DNA from: an uncultured Alphaproteobacteria bacterium
Lineage (GTDB): Bacteria; Pseudomonadota; Alphaproteobacteria; Sphingomonadales; Sphingomonadaceae
Assembly (NCBI GenBank): GCA_963829625.1
Contig: CAWHJH010000005.1
Span: forward strand, 1,861-65,860
Reading direction: 5' to 3'
Length of the DNA stretch: 64,000 bases
Notes under the pieces: model-generated
Databases searched by the model: none
Told to the model about the DNA's origin: nothing
What the model saw: only the letters and a program-made list of their open reading frames with translations
Program-made: the position numbers and the translations under genes
Shown here: one piece after another, positions 60,407 through 64,000 of the stretch
How the letters are laid out: each line of letters begins with the position of its first letter
Position numbering within the stretch: the stretch's first letter is position 1

Positions 60407-61678
60407 GTGAACAGCGGCGAACCTACAGGCACGCCGCAACTCAAGGTAACGCGCCGCTCGCTCCTCACTGGAGCGGGCGGCGCTGCCGTTTTGGCCGCTG
60501 GGAGCTCGGCAATGGCACAGGGAAAGCGCGGGGAACGGATCGTCGTCGTGGGCGCGGGCGTGTTCGGATCGTGGACGGCGCAGCACCTCCAGAACGCCGG
60601 CCATCACGTGACCCTCATCGACGCGTGGGGCGCTTCGCATAGCCGGGCGTCCTCGGGCGGCGAATCCCGCCTGACGCGCGCCGGCTATGGCAAGGACGCG
60701 GTCTACACGCGCATGGCGTCCGACAGCCTGCCCCAATGGCAGGCGCTCAGCGCCGTTTCCGGTCTTCCGATCCTCATTCCCAACGGGGTCGTCTTCTTCA
60801 GCGCCGTCGAGGACGACTATTTCCGCGGCAGCATCGACGTTCACAGGCAGCTCGGGCTGCCGATCGAGCGCATGGACCGCGCGACCATGCAAGGCCGCTT
60901 CCCGATGATCGACTTCGAAGGCATCGAAGTCGGGCTGTTCGAGGCCAGGTTCGGCGCCCTGATGGCGCGCCGATCCGTGCAGACGCTCGTCGATCGCTTC
61001 GTCCGCGCGGGTGGAGAGTATCGGCTTGGTGCTGCGGTCCCGGTCCAAGCAAGCGGTTCGGAGCTTCAAGGCGTGAAACTGCAATCGGGCGAGACAATCG
61101 CTGCGGACCGCTTCGTCTTCGCGCTCGGCCCCTGGCTGCCGAAAATCTTCCCCGACGTTCTCGGCAAGAAGATCTTCGCCACTAGGCAGGAGGTCTTCTA
61201 TTTCGCCACGCCTCCGGGCGAGAAAATCTTCTCGCCTGCCGCAATGCCAGGCTGGGCCGATTTCAACGCGGGGGACATCTTCTACGGCTTCCCGGACCTG
61301 GAGAACCGTGGCGTGAAGTTCGCCAATGACAAGCACGGTGTGCTCGTCGATCCCGACACGCAGGATCGCCGGCCGACACAGGCTGCAATCGACGAGATCA
61401 TCGCGTTCCGCGACCGCCGTTTTCCGAAATTGCGCGGCGCGCAACTCATTGGCGCCGAAGTCTGCCAGTATGAGAACAGCTCCAACGGCGACTTCCTGAT
61501 CGACGTCCACCCGACGTTGGCGAACGTGCTGCTCGTCGGGGGAGGCTCGGGCCACGGCTTCAAACATGGGCCGGAGGTTGGGCGCTATGCGGCGGCCCGT
61601 TTGTTCGGCGCGGTCAAAGTGGAGCCGCGCTTCGGCCTCGCCACAAAGGGCGAGACCCAGCACCGCGAGGTTCACTAG
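60407..61678 (+). CDS. Tat-exported FAD oxidase of the monomeric sarcosine oxidase / fructosyl-amino acid oxidase family
   Basis: TRRSLL Tat motif, VGAGVFG, SSGGESRL.R, CQYE, SGHGFKH. Confidence 0.88.
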   Translation: MNSGEPTGTPQLKVTRRSLLTGAGGAAVLAAGSSAMAQGKRGERIVVVGAGVFGSWTAQHLQNAGHHVTLIDAWGASHSRASSGGESRLTRAGYGKDAVYTRMASDSLPQWQALSAVSGLPILIPNGVVFFSAVEDDYFRGSIDVHRQLGLPIERMDRATMQGRFPMIDFEGIEVGLFEARFGALMARRSVQTLVDRFVRAGGEYRLGAAVPVQASGSELQGVKLQSGETIAADRFVFALGPWLPKIFPDVLGKKIFATRQEVFYFATPPGEKIFSPAAMPGWADFNAGDIFYGFPDLENRGVKFANDKHGVLVDPDTQDRRPTQAAIDEIIAFRDRRFPKLRGAQLIGAEVCQYENSSNGDFLIDVHPTLANVLLVGGGSGHGFKHGPEVGRYAAARLFGAVKVEPRFGLATKGETQHREVH

Positions 61679-61731
61679 CAACCCATCCGCGTCCGCTCCG
61701 TTGACCCTTCATTCCCGAATGGAGTGGCTCA

Positions 61732-62169
61732 ATGGAACTGCATCGCGGACGATTGATCGATCACATCCAGCTGGTCGTGGCGGACCTCGACGCGAGCCGG
61801 CGCTTCTACGAGGCCGTGTTCAATGTCCTGGGCATCCCGGTCGAGAGCAATTCGCCCAGCCATTTCTGGGGCGATGAGCTTTTCATCTCGACCCCGGACG
61901 GTCCTGAAGCCGCGGGAAAGCTCACCGGCCGCCATCACATCGCTTTCCAGGCCGAGGATCGCGAGACGGTCGACCGCTTCTATGCCGCGGGCCTAGAAGC
62001 CGGCGGCAAAGACAATGGCGCGCCCGGCGAACGTGCCAACTATCACCCCGGCTATTACGCCGCTTTCCTGCTCGATCCGGATGGCAACAACATCGAGGCG
62101 GTCTATCATGGCGAGGCCAAGCGCAGCGCGGAATCGGTCAAGCTGACCTTCGACATGCCCTCGATCTAG
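61732..62169 (+). CDS. VOC/glyoxalase family protein
   Basis: IDHI, HIAF.A, GG.DNGAPG.R..YHPGYYAAF..DPDGNNIEAV. Confidence 0.92.
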   Translation: MELHRGRLIDHIQLVVADLDASRRFYEAVFNVLGIPVESNSPSHFWGDELFISTPDGPEAAGKLTGRHHIAFQAEDRETVDRFYAAGLEAGGKDNGAPGERANYHPGYYAAFLLDPDGNNIEAVYHGEAKRSAESVKLTFDMPSI

Positions 62170-62714
62170 GGCTTCCGCGCGACCCCGACGAGCGCCGGAC
62201 GGAGCAGCCGGTCCTTGAGCATGTAGCCAGGCTGCATCTCTTGAACGATCGTTCCCGGCTCGGCGTCGTCGCTTGGGACTTCCATCATCGCTTGATGCTT
62301 GTGGGGATCGAGCTGCTCGCCCATCGCGTCGATACGAGTGATGCCGTGACGTGTGAATACCTGCTCCAGCTCGCGAGCAGTCAACTCCATGCCCGCCAAA
62401 AAGCTGCTGGCGACCTTGTCGGCGCGGAGCTCCTCGGAAACGGCGCTCAGGGCACGTTCGAGGTGATCCTTGATCGCCAGCATGTCGCGCGCGAACTGCG
62501 TCGTCGCATAGTTCGCCGCCTGCACCTTCTCGCTCTCCAGCCGTCGCCGGACGTTCTGGATTTCGGCAGCCGCGTAAAGCGCCTTGCTGTTCGCTTCCTC
62601 GAGCTGCCGCTCGAGCTCCGCAACGCGGTCGTGCTCGGCGACTTCCGGCGAGCCTTCGGCGGTTTCGCGGCGGATTTCCGCCGCTTCTTCTTCCAGTCTT
62701 TCGTTCTCGATCAT
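62166..62714 (-). CDS. grpE: Nucleotide exchange factor GrpE
   Basis: AE.QN.RRR, DPHKHQAM, GY...DRLLRPA.V.V. Confidence 0.95.
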   Translation of the reverse strand: MIENERLEEEAAEIRRETAEGSPEVAEHDRVAELERQLEEANSKALYAAAEIQNVRRRLESEKVQAANYATTQFARDMLAIKDHLERALSAVSEELRADKVASSFLAGMELTARELEQVFTRHGITRIDAMGEQLDPHKHQAMMEVPSDDAEPGTIVQEMQPGYMLKDRLLRPALVGVARKP

Positions 62715-63745
62715 GCCATCAGTCTCGTAAGGGCCTTCGCCGTGAAGTCTACCATTGGGATGACGCGCGCGTAGTTCAAGCGCGTGGGGCCGATGACTCC
62801 GACAACGCCGACCACCTCGCCTTGGCTCCCGCGATAAGGCGCGGCGATCACCGACGAGCCCGACAATGCGAACATTCGGTTCTCGCTGCCGATGAAGATA
62901 CGGCACCCGGGCGCGTCGCGCGCGCCTTCGAGCAAACGTGCGATTTCCTGCCGGTTCTCAAGCTCTTCCAACAAACTCCGAACCCGCTCCAGATCGGCCG
63001 CCGCATGGTCGTCGATGAGGTTCGCCTGCCCCCGGACAATGAGGACGGGCCTCCGCGCGTGATCTTCGCTCCAGGCAGCGAGGCCGGTGGCGATCAGCTC
63101 TGCGGCTGCGCGATCGAGAGCCTCGCGATGATCGCGGATCTCCGCGAGCAGACGAGCCTGCGCCTCCGCCAGCGTAAGGCCGGAAAGATGCGCGTTGATG
63201 AAGTTCGCGACTTCGGTGAGCGCGTCTGCGCTGGTAAGGCCGTCGAGATTGACGATCCTGTTCTCGATATTTCCGTCGGCACCCACGAGCACGGCCAGCG
63301 CACGGTCCGGGCCGAGCGGCACCAGTCCGAGCTGCTTCAGCCGCATTTCGCTTTTCGGCGCGAGCACGACGCCCGCCGCCTGCGACAGTCCCGAAAGCGC
63401 CGCGGACGCCGCTGCCAGCGCGTCCTCGATCGGCTGGTCGCGCGCGATCTGCCGCTCGATCTCACGCCGTTGCCGCGGATCGGGCGCAGCCACCTGCATG
63501 ATCCCGTCGACGAACAGCCTAAGGCCCGTTTCCGTCGGAATCCTGCCGGCGGACGTATGCGGATGGGTCAGCAGGCCCCGCTCCTCGAGATCCTGCATCA
63601 CGCCGCGGATCGACGCTGGCGACAGGTTCACCGTGCCGCTCAGCGCCTTCGATCCAACGGGCACGCCACGGTCTAGATAAGCATCGACCACATGGCCGAA
63701 GATCTCCCGCATCCGCTCGCTGAGCTCGCCGATATGCTGCGCCAT
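62711..63745 (-). CDS. hrcA: Heat-inducible repressor HrcA
   Basis: PVGSKAL, SPASIR, PHTSAGRIPT, GVIGPTRLNY. Confidence 0.96.
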   Translation of the reverse strand: MAQHIGELSERMREIFGHVVDAYLDRGVPVGSKALSGTVNLSPASIRGVMQDLEERGLLTHPHTSAGRIPTETGLRLFVDGIMQVAAPDPRQRREIERQIARDQPIEDALAAASAALSGLSQAAGVVLAPKSEMRLKQLGLVPLGPDRALAVLVGADGNIENRIVNLDGLTSADALTEVANFINAHLSGLTLAEAQARLLAEIRDHREALDRAAAELIATGLAAWSEDHARRPVLIVRGQANLIDDHAAADLERVRSLLEELENRQEIARLLEGARDAPGCRIFIGSENRMFALSGSSVIAAPYRGSQGEVVGVVGVIGPTRLNYARVIPMVDFTAKALTRLMA

Positions 63746-63817
63746 AGTGACCTGCATCTAGGATTGCAGTTCCACCCGGTCTAGTGGAGCGCCCAACCCA
63801 CAGTCAGGAGTCCATGA

Positions 63818-64000
63818 ATGCGCCCGAGCGGCCGCGCACCCGACCAGATGCGTCAATTGAGCTTCGAGCCCGACTTCACCAAGCATGCCGAGGGGTCCTG
63901 CCTCGTTTCGTTCGGAGACACGCGGGTCCTCGTAACGGCCTCCGTCGAGGAGAAGGTGCCACCCTTCCTCCGCGGCAAGGGCCAGGGCTGGGTCACGGCG
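63818..64000 (+). CDS. rph: Ribonuclease PH (5' part, runs off window)
   Basis: [12 protein letters not shown]...[35 protein letters not shown]. Confidence 0.95.
   Translation, partial: MRPSGRAPDQMRQLSFEPDFTKHAEGSCLVSFGDTRVLVTASVEEKVPPFLRGKGQGWVTA

Noticed and set aside
63746-63817. CIRCE element near hrcA
   Set aside because: No TTAGCACTC-N9-GAGTGCTAA match found.

Overview
GC-rich alphaproteobacterial chromosome segment, most likely Sphingomonadaceae (inferred from gene content and order: EL222-like LOV-HTH, pepA-marR-SH3-mltG-fabF-acpP, hrcA-grpE-rph). Core genes (msrA, glpD/glpK, tRNA-Gln, ilvE, proC, tlyA, dxs, ctaA, rplM-rpsI, ugd, rimO, mltG-fabF-acpP, grpE-hrcA, rph) alternate with accessory blocks. 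(i) A copper cluster: copB, copA multicopper oxidase, a His-rich small protein, a CutF/CopL-like leader and a P1B ATPase. A second partly paralogous cluster lies at 21.4-24.1 kb. Both copies keep the same leaderless promoter, CxxC/PPP leader and anti-SD hairpin, and each cluster has a MerR-type palindromic promoter. (ii) A divergent module of an FG-GAP protein, a TIGR03032 protein and an M10 metalloprotease, where both large proteins end in the same 6x51-aa repeat domain; rfbFG follows. (iii) An outer-membrane barrel plus an MMPL transporter. (iv) A TonB-dependent receptor with an unusual Pro/Cys 'PERG' tail, next to a Tat-exported flavin oxidase. A short hairpin repeat (AATGTCCGCTTTCCACCCATTGCGGACATT-like) recurs at the edges of several accessory blocks. 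Many single-base frameshifts are probably assembly errors. All family assignments come from motif recognition by eye; no database searches were run.
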